Positions 14,141 to 34,025 of a DNA stretch of 64,000 bases are shown one piece after another. Made by a program: the position numbers and the translations under genes. Within the stretch, counting starts at the first letter, position 1, and each line of letters starts with the position of its first letter. The notes under the pieces were generated by a model that worked only from the letters and a program-made list of their open reading frames with translations, was not told where the DNA came from and searched no databases. This DNA comes from the human T2T-CHM13v2.0 reference genome, Homo sapiens: assembly GCF_009914755.1 (NCBI RefSeq), contig NC_060929.1, one strand, 5' to 3'.

Positions 14141-15532
14141 CTGGTAAAAGAGGAAAAAAAAATCAAATTATGAAAAACTGCATGATATAAATCTCTCTCC
14201 TTTTAATTTCCAAATTTCAATCATGTAGGCAACAAGCAGCCTTGCCATGGACATTCCCTGGAGTTTCCATATGATTTTCCATCCTGAAACATTGAGACAG
14301 AACAGTTCTGTTTACATTTTGGGTATTTTGTAGTTCTCAACCTTCTTGTATTAGCTCCTAAATTAAGGATGAACAAGGCTGGCAACAAGGAGCAGGTGGA
14401 AGAGGAGCAGAGGAAAACAAAGGATCCCAATAACCAAGCCCCCTGTCAGATGGATCACTGATCTCCGAGACTGATGCCTCTGAGACTTCACTTAAGACGC
14501 AGTACAAACCCCAAGTCTCCAAAACCTCAAAATAGATCCAGCCAATTCATAATTTTGTTGAAAGATGCTTTATGTAATCTTTGGATTACCTAAATACATA
14601 TTAATGAAGAGACGTATGATCAATGATAAATCTTATCGGAAATTTCATAATCAGAATAGAAATGATACAAAGGCAATAAGAGGATTCCAAGTTATTAAAA
14701 TATGGAAGTAATAGCATTAAAACAATTAAATGTTGATTATAATTATGTTCAGTGTATAAAACAGTCAATGCTTTCCTGCGAATCTGCAAGCAGAGAAAAG
14801 TGACAATGAATGTATATTTAAGGTAGAGCCGGTTGCAGGAGAACCATAAATATAAGTGGTCAGTTTAACTGAGACAGATTTTTCAAAGTGTGGTACCAGG
14901 TTCAGATTCCTTAATTCAACATGGCAAATATTGATTGGGTTCTAGTTAGTAACAGTCCCCATGGGAAGCAGGAAATACCAAAAATTGGGTGCTTTTTGAA
15001 ATTCTGAAAGATGTGGCAATCAAAATGAGCCCAATTAGCATTTTACCTTCCAGAATAAACAATATTTTCTTAAATTGATAAATGAACAAATGAATGAATA
15101 AGTAGATAATTATATAAGTTTCAAAGAACTAGAAGGGAGGTTCCTAATAGAGGTTAAATCATCAGTATTAAAAACTGAAAGAACAGGCAGTCATTTGGCT
15201 TTCATAAGGTTAAATAGTTTTAGTTCATTTATAAATGTCTGCATTAGCTCTTCACAATTAACTCTTCATAGTATCAAGAGTTAATGTCTTGTCTTCCATT
15301 TTTGTACTAAAATATTAAACCAGAATGGCAAAAATGTCTACTAAAAGAATAAATAAGAATAAACAATAATAATAAAGTTCAGCATGATTTGGTATATAGC
15401 TTATGGTAAATGAGAACGCATTATGACTTATTTCTAAGAGTAGACATACAGACAAAATAAACAGAATAAGTAGACAAAAAGTAACATCACACATACGCAC
15501 AGATTTTCAACTCTACTAATAATAACATTTAG

Positions 15533-15965
<433 letters not shown>

Positions 15966-17089
15966 TAGCACTTCCTTTAAAAAGAAACTGGACACATTAA
16001 TTTTTTTAACTAAACATCTGATCCTTTTCCTTGTCATGTCAGCCCTATTTTGAGCTCTTAATGTCATTTACATTCTCAATGTGAAAAATGACATCAAAAA
16101 TAAGATAACGCTTTATATAGACTGACTTTGCCTGCTTTTTAATGAAAAACATCTACTAAACCACCATTTCTCATTCTGTTCTCCCAGTCTCATCAACGTT
16201 GTAAATTCATGCAAGCCAAAGGAGCTTATTCTGCCAACGTGATCTGCAGGCTAAGCACAAGGTGACATGATTTAGCTATAGAAGACAAGCCAATGATTTG
16301 TCTTCCCAGTGCATTAATATCCCAAAAGTATATTGCTTGACTCTGGTAGAATGCCAGTTCATAGTAGATACTGAGAGTATAAATTTATTCAATTAGGCAA
16401 GGAATGTCTGCAGCTTCTTTCAGATTCCACTGCAAACATATCAACAAACATTGCTTTTACTAGTTTTTTATTTGTTTGTTTGTTTTGCCACTGGTGGTTT
16501 AGGTATATTCCTGCCTGGAGAATAAAGCCAAGGCTCTTGGGAGCAAGAACCATAAATTGGTTCTATTTTATTCATATTTTACAGCTCAATATGGAACATA
16601 CATTGGGTGTATGACTAGTGACATCTGGAAGTTTATTCTAACACATAATGTTTAAATATGGAATACATTTTTAATTTTTTAAGTTAAGAAGATAAAATCA
16701 AAGAAATATTGTTTCAAAAGAGGTCCACAGACATATGGTTTATAAAAACACCTATTTTACATAGCTTAAGCATTCATCAGAAAAGAAACAACCCAAATAA
16801 CCAATTGAAAGCCGTTATTTTCAATGGCAAAACCATTTATTAAACCACAATTACTTTTGCATCAACCTAATACTTTCGCCCATCAAGTAACTGGCATACT
16901 GCATGCTGTTAAGTATAGCCAAAAAATAAAGAAATTTGACATACTCATTAGCTTGTCAAGCTTTAATACGACATCATTTTGATTCTTTAAATATTTGAGA
17001 GACAGACTTCTTTCAAAATCTGAGGACAATGGGAGAAAAATAAGCCAAAGGATTCCTTAGTTGTGAAAATGTTGGGCCCTAGTAGCATA

Positions 17090-17975
17090 AAAGACAGACA
17101 GAAGACTATATCGAACTTAAAAACTTCCATGTGTCAAAGAAAACAGTGAAAAAGCAACCTATGAAATGGAAAAGAACATTCAAAAATCATCTGATAAGAG
17201 ATTAGCATCCAGAATATATGAGAAACTTTGAGAACATCACCAGATAAATGCAAATCAAAACCACAATGAGATATCACCTCACAGCCATTAGAATGGCCAC
17301 TATTAAACAGAAGATAACTGTTGGCAAAGATATGGAGAAATTAGAACCCCTGTGCACCAACAGTGGGAATGTAAAACGGGGCAAACATTGTGAAACAGTA
17401 TGGCAGTTCCACAAAAAATTAAAAATAGAATTATCATATGATCCAGCAATCCAAATTCTGAATTATATATCTAAAAAATTTCAAAGCAGAATGTCAAAGA
17501 GATATTTGCACATCCATGTTCTTTGCAGCACTATTCACAGTAGCCAAGTGGTGGAAGCAACCCAAATGTCTACCAACAGATGAGTGGGTCATGAAAGTGT
17601 GGTATATATGCACAATGAAATATTATACAGCCTTAAAAAGAAGATAATCCTGTCATACATGCTACAACACAGATGAACCCTGAATACATTATGCTAAGCA
17701 AAATAAGCCAGTCACAAAAGGGCAAATACTGTATAACTCCACTCATATGAGGTATCTAGAATAGTCAAAATGATAGAAACAGAAAGCAAAAACAGTGGTT
17801 GCCAAAGGCTGTGGAATTAGTGTTTAATGAGTAGTTTCAGAGCTGCAAGTTATAAAAGTTCTAGAGATCTGTTGTATAACAATGTGAATACACTTAATAT
17901 TACTGCATTGTACACTTAAACATGGTTAAGATGGTAAATTTTTTTAAAGTTTTTACCAGTTATTTAAAAATAGGA
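17090..17975 (+). mobile_element. Old L1M (L1MA/MB-like) 3' fragment
   Basis: ORF 17248..17583 (MQIKTTMRYHLT...) is a degenerate L1 ORF2 C-terminus, followed by L1M 3'UTR. Confidence 0.85.
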
Positions 17976-20143
17976 AAGCATTACTGAACAGCATCACAAG
18001 CATTTGTAGAGCATGAACATACATACAAGGCTCTACCAATAGCGCTGGGGACAGGGGAGCCTTTATTCCCCACTTCTCATATTCCATTCCATGTGGAAGG
18101 ACACCTATCTATTCATGTAACTACCCTGACCTCCGGTGTGTCCCTTATTGATGTAATTAAATGATTATTTGGGCAGAGGAACCTTAACATGTGAAACTCA
18201 GCATGACTCTTCCTCTTCATTGAGGTCTTCACCTAGAAAGCAATGCTCTGTTTTGCTCTCAGCCATGTGGATGGAAGCTCAGCAATGAAGGCTACCCTTG
18301 TGGGAGGCCTGGGTTTCTCTGGTGCTGCCTACACTGGGGAGCCAAAGCCTCTGTATCTGTGGGGTTCACAACTGAAAAGCCTGCTGTGGCTGTACACCTA
18401 GGCCACATCCCTCACTCTAGCCTGTATAATAGTAATACTTTTACCTCTACCTGTTCAGCTCCTTTCTCTCAAGGGATTCAGCACTCAATCCCCAAGAAAC
18501 AGCAAAGTCCCTATCGTCATAGCATCTACATTTTAAGGGAGAGTAATCATATGGTTGGCTTCTCTAGCTGTAAACAGCTCCTGACCAGAATCTTATTTTG
18601 GGTGTGTGAACCTTCAGGTTCCAGAAATATAATCAATATTTGCATTTCTACAACAAAATTTCCACAGCCTCTACCAAGTTCCAGACATATATGACCTTCA
18701 AGATACTGCCCTCCGATGGAAAACTCCAACTTTCAGTTGATACAAAATCATGAACAAAACTGTGACAGTCATTACAGGTTTTTTAAAGTTATGTTTCATG
18801 TGATTAAAAATCATATTTTTTCCACTTTTTTATTATGGCTAATAACACTATGATATATATGAAAAAGTCTTAGTAATTCTTTTTTTTAACAGTGCCCAAA
18901 TATTTCACTATCATTCTTTTTTGATATCCTAAAACCAAAATTTTGTCACGTCCTGTTATCTGATGCTGTCATATTTAGTCTTTTACTTTGGAATTCCCAG
19001 TATTTTCCCAACCAGCTAATATCCACATAATGTAGCTTTTGCCCATTCACTTGCCCATATCCTTAGGGATACAGGACTTTTACCAACACATTTTAAATTG
19101 TTTTGCACTAGGATTTTACCTTTTTTTCTTTATGAGGCAACACTGGCCAATCATTCCCTTCTAGAATGTTGACTGCCAGTTGAAGGCTGAGTTCTAGGGA
19201 CTTTTCTCAAACAGAACTTGAGCAACTAGTGTATAGTCACATATGGAGTACAATGCTAGCTATGCAGTGATAACCACAGGGAATATTTTCTAAATTAGGA
19301 CATGGAATGTCTTCTGAATTGTCAAGAAAGAAATGCTATCTTCAATGTACTTTTGTAATTAAATGTATCCTTATTGATAATCCAGGTATTAAGTAGAACA
19401 TTTTATTAATTAGGGCACTCCAGCTCTAGCCTTACAGAAAACAACCTGTTATATGTGATTTCATCTGTCAGAGTGTAAAGAGATGCCATTGATCGTCAGA
19501 TGCTCAAAAGCTAGTCCTCTGGATGGTTCCATTGATACCATACCTTTTCATTCTCAGGACAACATTGACATACAAATTAACATTTCATCTCAACATCCTA
19601 ATTTGGAGAAAACAAGATTACATATCCCTGTGAAAAGAAGAGATGGTACTGAAATTGAGAGGGTCTACAGAGATATTTTCCATTGGAACAGCACCTTTTA
19701 TTGGAAAACAAAGCAAGAACAGTAAAAACTCATATTTTCATTCCTTATTTACCCACATGAATAAAAAAAGAACTAGATAACCAGGTCTTCCTTTGTACAT
19801 TCTCTTTTGCTGCAAAAAAAAACTGAACATTCTGTGGATCTTGAAAATGTTATCTGATGAAGAGGTTAATTCTTCCACATAGAAAAAAATAATACAGATT
19901 GTTTGCTTTTCTCACTGGAGTGAGAAATCCTAAATAGTTAAAGTATAAGCATATCCTTCCCCTTGAGGTTATTGAAAGGCTAATTAAAGATGTGCTTTTC
20001 ATGAAAGGTATTACTGGGAGACTTCTTTTTCCAAAGGGACATTCAAAAAAAGTTAATAGACAAAGACCTTGGTAGAGTACCAGGAACAGTTATTATATGG
20101 ATAATGAACTATGAAACAAAAATCGTTTTTAGAGAAATGTGTA

Positions 20144-20438
<295 letters not shown>

Positions 20439-20642
20439 TTATGCACTGATAGGTACAAGCAAAGCATGTAGTACACAAGAAAGACATACATACAATATAT
20501 GTATGACTTATCAAATAACTTTTGTTAAATTAGTTTCTCCAAGATGTGTAGCTGTAACATTAACATATTTTCTTCTCATTATAAATATATTTCATTTTAA
20601 TTAGATTGGTTCTTAAATAGGTATGAGAATAATATCCCTTTC

Positions 20643-21001
20643 TGATATGGTTTGGCTGTGTCCCCACCCAAATCTCATCTTGATTTGGAGCTCCCATAAT
20701 CCCCTTGTGTCACGGGAGGGACCTGGTGGGAGGTAACTGAATCATGGGGGTGGGTTTTTCACATGCTGTTCTTGTGATAGTGAGTAAGTCTTTGATCTGA
20801 TGGTTTTATAAAGGGCAGTTTCCCTGCACACACTCTCTTGCTTGCTGCCACATAAGACGTGCCTTTGCTTCTCCTTCACCTTCTGCCATGATTGTGAGGC
20901 CTCCCCAGCCATGTGGACCTGAGTCCATCAAACCTCTTTTTCTCTATAAACTACCCAATCTTATGCTGTCTTTGTTAGCTCTGTGAGAATGGACTAATAC
21001 A
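20643..21001 (+). mobile_element. THE1 (MaLR) solo LTR
   Basis: tgatatggtttggctgtgtcccc...ggactaataca, with perfect 5-bp TSD CTTTC at 20638-20642 and 21002-21006. Confidence 0.92.
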
Positions 21002-21678
21002 CTTTCCTTCATTTCTTCAGAGACATTTTAGTTTTACTTTTGGTTAACTTCAAATAGACTGAGCCATGCTTTCAATGCCATTAGCTAGGTGATTGATTTA
21101 TGAATAAGCACTTATATTAAAGAGCAATTATTTATATTCTCAGTAATATTCTGTTTTAAAAAGGGATTTGGAGGTTTCTTAAACGGATACTCCCCTGACG
21201 TATTTATCTGCTTTGTAAGTCTGTTTTATGTACTTATCTTCAAATACAGGGCATGTCTGTTTTGTGATGACTAACCTGGTGATGTCAGAGGCCCAACATT
21301 TTAATATTTTCAACGGATGAAATATGGCATAGAATTTAGAGAAAGTCATAAGTCATAGATGGGTTTAAAAATAAGGAAGTATCATTTCTCCATATGTGGC
21401 TAACATTTTTCAGTTAATCAAGTTCAAGCACAGCTGCCATATAACCAAAGAACAGGGGATTACAAGGGCCTTCAAAACATAAAGTAGCTTAGAGCTCAAG
21501 CTCAACCTTGTTTCTAGCAGCTCCTGGTGGTGTGTCCCCTTCCTGCTTCTGAGTCCTAAGCCAAACCTTGGCCAGTGAGTCAGAGCACAGCTCTGTTCCC
21601 ACCTGCTCTCATCTAGAGGCACCCTTCCTTCTACTCCTGTTCACTGTAAAGGTCAACTCCAAAAATGATCACAAATTA

Positions 21679-21864
<186 letters not shown>

Positions 21865-21952
21865 TCAGAGTGGGAAGAAAAAGGACAATGACAATTTCCA
21901 TCAAAATAATTATTATATGGCACAAAACAGAAATAACCTCGCAAGTTCGACG

Positions 21953-22348
<396 letters not shown>

Positions 22349-22954
22349 CTAATCAGCAATTAGTTGTGGAACAGTGTTGATGCCAGAAAATAAATGAGCA
22401 TTGACCATGGATGGCATTTGTTACTACTGCAACCAGTTTTTTAAAAACTACCTCCCTTTTGTTAAGTCTAACACTTTTGGTCAAAGGTCAATTAGTGATT
22501 AATAATGATTTGAACAAAGAAAGGAATGAAGAAAGAGGGAGAGAGAAAGGGAATATTTGGAAGGTGAAAGCACATGAATGACAGGAAAAAAGTTTATAAA
22601 TGATATTGGGTAAAGAATTACAGGAAACAGAAGAAGGTGCTCTGAAGTGTCTAGGAGTAATTATAAGAGGATAGCTACCCTGGTCCTGAAAGACATGCAA
22701 GTAACTGTTTAAAATATTCTCCTTAAGTCCTGTAAAACATATAGTCTCAAAAAGAGAGCATGGGAATCTCCCTTTGCTATGCAAATCAAATGAAGATGCT
22801 TATATTTAGGGCAAGCACCAGAAAGCCAATCTTACCTGAAACATTCCATCATTCTGGTCTGTAACATCAGGTGTTGGTAGTGCCAATTGGTATGGCTTGA
22901 CCTCAGCAGATAGACCCCACCTGTTGTATCTGATTTAGAACACATGCTTTCACA

Positions 22955-23230
22955 CTTAGAAATATAACTCAAGTGGAAGTGACCTACGAGGTCACTTAAT
23001 ATAACCTTCCACCCAAGAATTCTTCAAAACATTCTTCTCAGATAGTCAATGAGGTTCTGCTTAGATACTTGCAGTGGCAGGAGGCTCACTTATTTCAAGG
23101 CAGATTGTTTACTGAAGGGAAGCTCAAACCTTAAGAGCTAAAACTGCTTCTCCTATGGCTTTAGCTCCATGCTATAGTTACCCTCCAGCATATTAAGCAC
23201 TGTACCCTCTTTCAGTTCTCATGGTTAGTT
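22955..23230. mobile_element. CR1/L3-like LINE fragment
   Basis: ggaagtgacct..gaggtca and ctgcttagatacttgcagtggcaggaggctcac resemble the L3 3' end. Confidence 0.45.
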
Positions 23231-23319
23231 TCCTCTTTCTCAGACTAAAATGTTATGCATCCCAGAGCTTTCCTCTCCTCTACAGTTAACCTAAATTCAA
23301 CTATTATTTGCAGGCCTAG

Positions 23320-23620
<301 letters not shown>

Positions 23621-24843
23621 TTAACCAATTTTTCAATTGGCTTGGAAGTCAAACCTTGAATTGTCATTTTTGAATACACTCCTAACTAGGAGGGTAATAT
23701 CAAGACACAGCAACACGTAGAGAAAAGAACCCTGGCCTTTGAGCTCAGTGAGAATTCCACTCTGCTGCACAACTGTTATGCAACCTTTAGTGAACCTGTC
23801 TTTGCATCTGTAGACATATATAATAAAAATGTACTTCCCAAGATTGTGATACAGGACAAATATAAGAAAACATACTCTGAGCACCATCCCTGAGACAGTG
23901 GGGGCAGCATACAAGCAGTTTTTTCACTTTTCACTCCTTAGTAGCTTAACATCTCACTTATATGTGATGCCAGATCAAAGCCCTGGAATGATTATTGACT
24001 CCAGCTGATTAATATTTTTCCCCAGAAACACACATCGCTGGGACCAGTGATAACTGCATTATTGGTTTGTCTGAAGAATTCACAGATAACCTGGTTGACA
24101 TTACTGGAAAAGAGGGTTGAAATGTAAGACAAAATATTTCAGTAAACTTTCCTTTTGCTTGTACATTTTATGTTCCAAAAAAGTTTTTTGGCAGAAATGT
24201 GTGTTTCAAGAGGAAAAAAATAAATGGATAATTTAGGAATGTTTGTATACTCATTAGCTTGCTTCATTCCAAAATGACAATTAAATTTTTTTAAAATGAA
24301 CACTTTCTTTGCAGAAAATGTATCTGGAGCACTATTCATATGATTTGCTTTTTCTTGCATTCTGAACAACTGTCAATTTATAAAAGAACAAATAAGAAAA
24401 AAAGAGCATCTGGATTAAGTTATTAAGAACAGGCATGGAAATGATTTAGAGAGAAGATAACTGTGGTATCAAAAATTTAAGGCTTCAGTAATCAGGGAGA
24501 GTAAATCTATGGCAAATTGACATTGCTTTTAAAAAAACCTTATTAACACATTTATCAAATCTTAATTAGATATATTAGAAAACCAAGTATCTATAATTTA
24601 AAAAAGGAAACTTACTTTTGAAATATTTAGGAAACTTTCCATTTAGTGATATAAGGTGCAAACAAAAAATTGACAAAAATGGAGACTAAAACCTAAAAGT
24701 CACAATAAATTGTTCAACTATCCAGAATACTGAAAGTACTTTGTCTAAGAGATAAATGTTAATTACTTTATCACCGTGACAAAAGCTTACATTATGGGTA
24801 ACAGTGAATCACAGCCCAGGTGCTGGTGAGGAATGCATCTTTC

Positions 24844-28701
<3,858 letters not shown>

Positions 28702-28849
28702 TAGGAAATCAGGGTCATAGCATCCTCCAAATTCTCTTTCAAAGGGCAACTGAATGGAATTTTCTCTGGATCTGATAATGGCATTCTAGTCCACTGTTAG
28801 TGAGGGCTGGAGACCTTCATTGCTCTTAATGGCACTGCATTCTCATTAC

Positions 28850-30185
28850 TCATTCAACAAGTATTTATTGAGCACCTACTATGCACAGAGCATAGCGATA
28901 AACACACAACCTTCCTTTCTTTAACGTACCAAAAGTTCCAGACGTAGATGCTCTTCTCTTTACTCATTCTTGCTATACATCTATAATTAAGGCTCCAATT
29001 ATCCCCATATGTTAATGACACCCGCAAGTTTATTCCAATACTGACTTCTCTTTTGAGCTCTAGATCCAAATCTCCAATTGTTTATTGCAATATCTGACTG
29101 GGTATTCCCAAGAATATCACACTGAGGCTGTCCAAACTGAACCTATTCATGTCTTGTATTATCCTTCCCCTTCTCCTCCTGCAGTCCTGGGCTTCCTAAA
29201 GGATACACAGGTCAACTATTCTCTCTAGTCAGAAAACTTAGGAATCACCTCTGTCTTACCAACAATGTGCAATTCATCAAGTTAGGTCGAGTCCATCTCC
29301 TAAATCTCTTTCAAATCTCTCTATCTGTCCTATGGTTTAGAATTTTGAGATTTTTTGCCTAGGTCTATGAATCCTCTTAACTGGCTTCTGCCTTATCTCT
29401 TTTCTCCCCGCTTTACATAAAAGCTTACAGTGTTTTTTCTAATGCAAATCTAATTTATTGTGTCCCCAGCCTTAAAACAAAATCACTGAAGGGTTCCTTA
29501 CTGCCTTCCTTATAAGACCCACAGTTCTTAGCAAGACATCTACATCCCTCCATTATTTGACCCCTCACTGCCTTTTCCACCTCAGCCTTCAGAATCCAGC
29601 CATGCCCTTGCTCCAACCAGTTCCACTTGCAGGTTATAGGACAAGCCATGTTTTCTTCATACCTCTGTGACTACATGTTTTCTTCCTTTTTTCCAGAAGG
29701 TCCTTGTTGGCTTTCTAACTTATGAAATTCCTACTGCTCTTTCGAGGCTCACCATTCAATCCAGTTTTTCAGCAAGAAAAGCATAAGTATTCACTGAGTA
29801 TGGGTTGGCACTGTGCCAAGTGTTAGATAAACAATGGTGAGCCAGACAGGCAGAGATTAGAGTTTATTTCAGTATAGTGGTTTGTGCTAAGTTAGGATAA
29901 GTACAAAGATTCAGAGAAGCACCCAGAAAATTTGGGGAGGGATAGGGAAGACTTGCTAGATTAGCTAGATTAGGGAAGATTAGCTAGATGGATGGGGTGG
30001 GAAGAATGTTCCAGACAGAGAAGGAGGATGTGCAAAGTCTCAAAAGAACATGGTCCAGGGAAGAATGGAATGTAGTTCACAGCATTTTAGCATGGCTCAA
30101 GTAGGGAGAAAGTTAAAGCAGAGAGAAATAGGCTAAAGGAGAAAAGGTACATACTGTGAAATGCTTCACAAGATATGTTAAAAGC
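28850..30185. mobile_element. L2 LINE fragments
   Basis: cattcaacaagtatttattgagcacctactatg and other degenerate L2 motifs. Confidence 0.6.
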
Positions 30186-31864
30186 TTGTATTTAATAACA
30201 CCAAAAATCTTTCCCTGACACCTCTGCCCACACTGCTGGGCAGCTTTTCTCTATGTCCCTAGATTAGCATCTGGCGTGTGTCTCCATATGGCCTTTATCA
30301 TGTCAATTACTCTGACTGCTGGAAAGGCTGGATGTTTGGTGTCTCACCCTTCTTCCATGTTGTCCTTTAGGACAGAGACTCTGCCTTCCTCCTTTCTGTA
30401 GCACACTGTTGGGAACACTCTGGTTCAAAAGTTTTTAAAATGATAGTAAAGTTAAATATCAATGTAAGTTATAGCATAAGAATACATTAGATTATGAGTG
30501 CCAAAATGAACAGTGGACCACTATGAGAATAAATTGTTGTGTGCTATGATGGTGCAAAACCTCTTCATCATGAAGAGGGAAAATGCATTAGGTTTAAAGG
30601 ACAGGTAGTATTTGGGGAGGCTGAGGATCAAGTGGGAGCTATGACAGGTAGAAGAACTGAACTGGTAAGAACAAGGGCAGGGCACATGTGGAGATGAGGA
30701 GAGGGCTGATGGAAGGAGGAGAGGACCCACAGGAAGAATGTTTCTGGAATTATCTTTAGAAGGACTACCACTTTATTTAAAAATAAACAAACAACCAACA
30801 GGGTAAAAGATTGCTTTGCTTTTATCTTTAAAGTAATGGATTCTTTTCAACAATCCCTGTTCATAGTTTTAGGGGGATTCAAGAAATGGTAAAGATTCAG
30901 AATAGATGGTGGGATAAAATATTCTGCCCCTTTATCTTGTTCTTTATATGTTACCTTCATGGCATTCCACATAAGTAGTCCTGGGGAAGGCATCATTTAG
31001 GACAGAACCTCCCTTAAAAGTGGCTTCTGGGAATAATAAGCCTCCTAGCCCACTTCAAAGCCTGCTTTAGGGTGCTCACTGTCACACCTCAGTGAGGTTA
31101 GCGAGTCAGATTAATGCCAAGACACTAATGCTATTGTTCTTGGCAAATGGAACAGCACTAAAAGAACCTGATATACATAATTCTGTTTTGTGGCTTCTTC
31201 AAGGTACTGAATCAAGAAAACACACCCTCCCAGCTGACTTAAAAGCAGTAAGTCATTCCGACATACTAGGTTCAAATCTGAGTCAGAAGGGTGATGACAG
31301 ACAGCTGCTGGTGATGCTTCTCTGGTCTGAGCAGCTTTCAGTTGTACTACTGACCAATATGTTCCATCTAGTAAGAAGAATCTAGAGAGTCACTGTGTGT
31401 TTTGAAACCCTACTCTATAAAAGAGAGCAGAAAGCATGCAAGAAACAGAATACATTTCTTGGCTTACTGTGGGGCCTATACTACGATTTGCACTGAAACA
31501 ATTAAAAACCCAACTTACACTGAATTTCTTAAAATCCAAAAATTTCTACTTGTGATTTAGAAAAGGTAGAAATAATATATTCATAACTTTGCATATATCA
31601 CCATCCAGCCTGACACTGTAATAGTCAAAATATAAAGATCAATAAAACTTTTCTCTGATTATAGCACACTGTCAAAGTTACCAAGGACAGTGATTCAGTT
31701 TTGTTTGCATGTTTCCAAAGAGTTGCACATAAAGAATTCTACATTTAGAAACATTAAATTGATGAGCTTTCCTATTCGTTCTGCCCACAGACTAAATTAA
31801 TCCTATGACTACTGGTGTAATACACTCTTAGAAGGTAACAAAACTTTCTAAAAATGCTTACTTA

Positions 31865-32080
<216 letters not shown>

Positions 32081-33824
32081 CTAAGTAAAGACTCTTTCAG
32101 AATTTTTGCACAGTTACATTTTTTACTCTTTTTTTGGAGGCAGCTTCTGTACCTGCAATAATTTAGAGAATGCCAGATGAATGGCCAAAGGCAGAAATGA
32201 TTTAATTGGGAAACATCCTGCCAGAAATTTGACTTCTCAAGCCTCAGCCCTTGTATCATTTGAAGTGAAATGTCACTAATATCCTGATTATTTTTCCCTT
32301 CCAAGGAATGGTCTCCTTTAAAAATGTGAGCAGATATCTGCGCAGGATGCAAAGCACATACAGAACACAAATGCGTAAGTCCTCTTCTTAAAAAATACTT
32401 TATCTGTTAAAAAAGTAATATGTACATGGAAAACAGCAGTGCCTTGCCTCCCTTCCCCACTCTTAGACTTGCTCTTAACTGGAATCCATTCTAGTGTGTT
32501 TTTTGGTTTTTTTTTTTTTTTTTTTTTTTTTTAGCATTTTCTTCTAGGTTTCTACACATTTTCTTCTTATATCCACTTTTAAAATACTATGTTTACCATG
32601 CTACTTCTTGATTAATCAATTTTAAACAGTATCTATTCATTTCCTATTGTGGCAGAGGAAGACTTAAGAAAAACTAAAAGTGGAAAAAATGTTTTCATTC
32701 ATTGACTCCCTCCTCCAGCCCCTCCTCCCACCTGCAATGTAGAACTGGCCTCTGAGGCATGTCTGAGGAACACAGTTGAAACATTGGCTCTGAGGATCTG
32801 ATCTTCAGATCATTTTCTTCTGTTCATGATTAAGCTACTTTTTAAGAGTCAAGCACCAGGAGCCTAAATTACTGTCTCCCTTGGGGCTGATAGCTACTCT
32901 AACATATTCTAGATCTTCTCCAAAAATGACAAAATGCTTTTATTGCTTTCTTTTGGATCTAATGTACCACATGTGACGCCACTATCGTCCTTAGCCATCT
33001 CAATGTTTTACCTGCTTAAATGCACACCTACTATCTAGTTTATATCTCTCCCAAAACTGGTGTCAGGCTAAGTATATGGGCAGAGGCTATGAATTTCAGA
33101 TAGGTGGACTCCATTAAGATTTCATTCCTTGTGATAGCCTGCCAACTCAGCAATGCACTAGTAATTAAGGGGCTTTAATGTACTTAAGCCAGTTCAGGGA
33201 ATAAAAGACATTCAGTAGTTTTTGAATAAAGGCATGTAAGAATGAATGGGAAGAGAAACAGAGGTAAATTGGGAATCTTGGATAGATTTTTAAAAAAACT
33301 ATTACTTTAGTTCAGACAAAACTGGTGCTAAATACATATGAAGTAAGTTGACATAACACCTTTTAAAACAATTCATATGTTTCCAGATCTTACTGTATAT
33401 GAAAATTTATAGTTGCAGAAATAAAGCTTCATTTTCACTTCACTTCTAATTATTTTTCTTTTAAAATTTCAAATTCTGCACGACACAGAAGCTAAATTAA
33501 TTAAACAGCTGAAATTAATGACAAATATTCGAACTTCTACAGTTGTCAGGTCTCCTTACATTTAATATAAATCAAGGCATGTCACAATGAATTCTGGGCC
33601 TGACTTCAAACAAACTGAACTATCTGCCAGCCACTGAAGAACATTTTCTGCAAGGAGCTCTTACTTAGTTCTCATTATTTGAGCAAGATCTACATCTGGC
33701 ATGAGAGCAGCCACTTGGATTTTAATGAACAATCAACTTCATTTTAGGAGGAATCAAGGATTTCAACTGACAGAATTGGCTGTGCCCTACCAATGGAGAC
33801 CTTTTTCTAGACCATTCTCTGCAT

Positions 33825-34025
33825 ACACACTATAGCATAGTGGTTAAGTGCATGGGCTAGAGCCAAAGGACCTGTGTGTAAAACCTGGCCATGCCCCCCA
33901 CTGTCTCTGTAAGAGCCACATGCCCATGCTTCTCCATCCACCCTACCTTGAAAGATTAGATAAGTTCTACATGAAATGCAAGGGTCCAGCACTTAGTGCT
34001 TAATGAATGTTAGCTGGTACTGTTT
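33825..34025. mobile_element. MIR SINE
   Basis: tagcatagtggttaag...cttagtgcttaatgaatgttagc. Confidence 0.6.

Noticed and set aside
22977-22997. Perfect 9-bp inverted repeat AAGTGACCT-acg-AGGTCACTT resembling an oestrogen response element
   Set aside because: The half-sites are everted, opposite to an ERE, and lie in a CR1/L3-like repeat whose end typically carries this motif.
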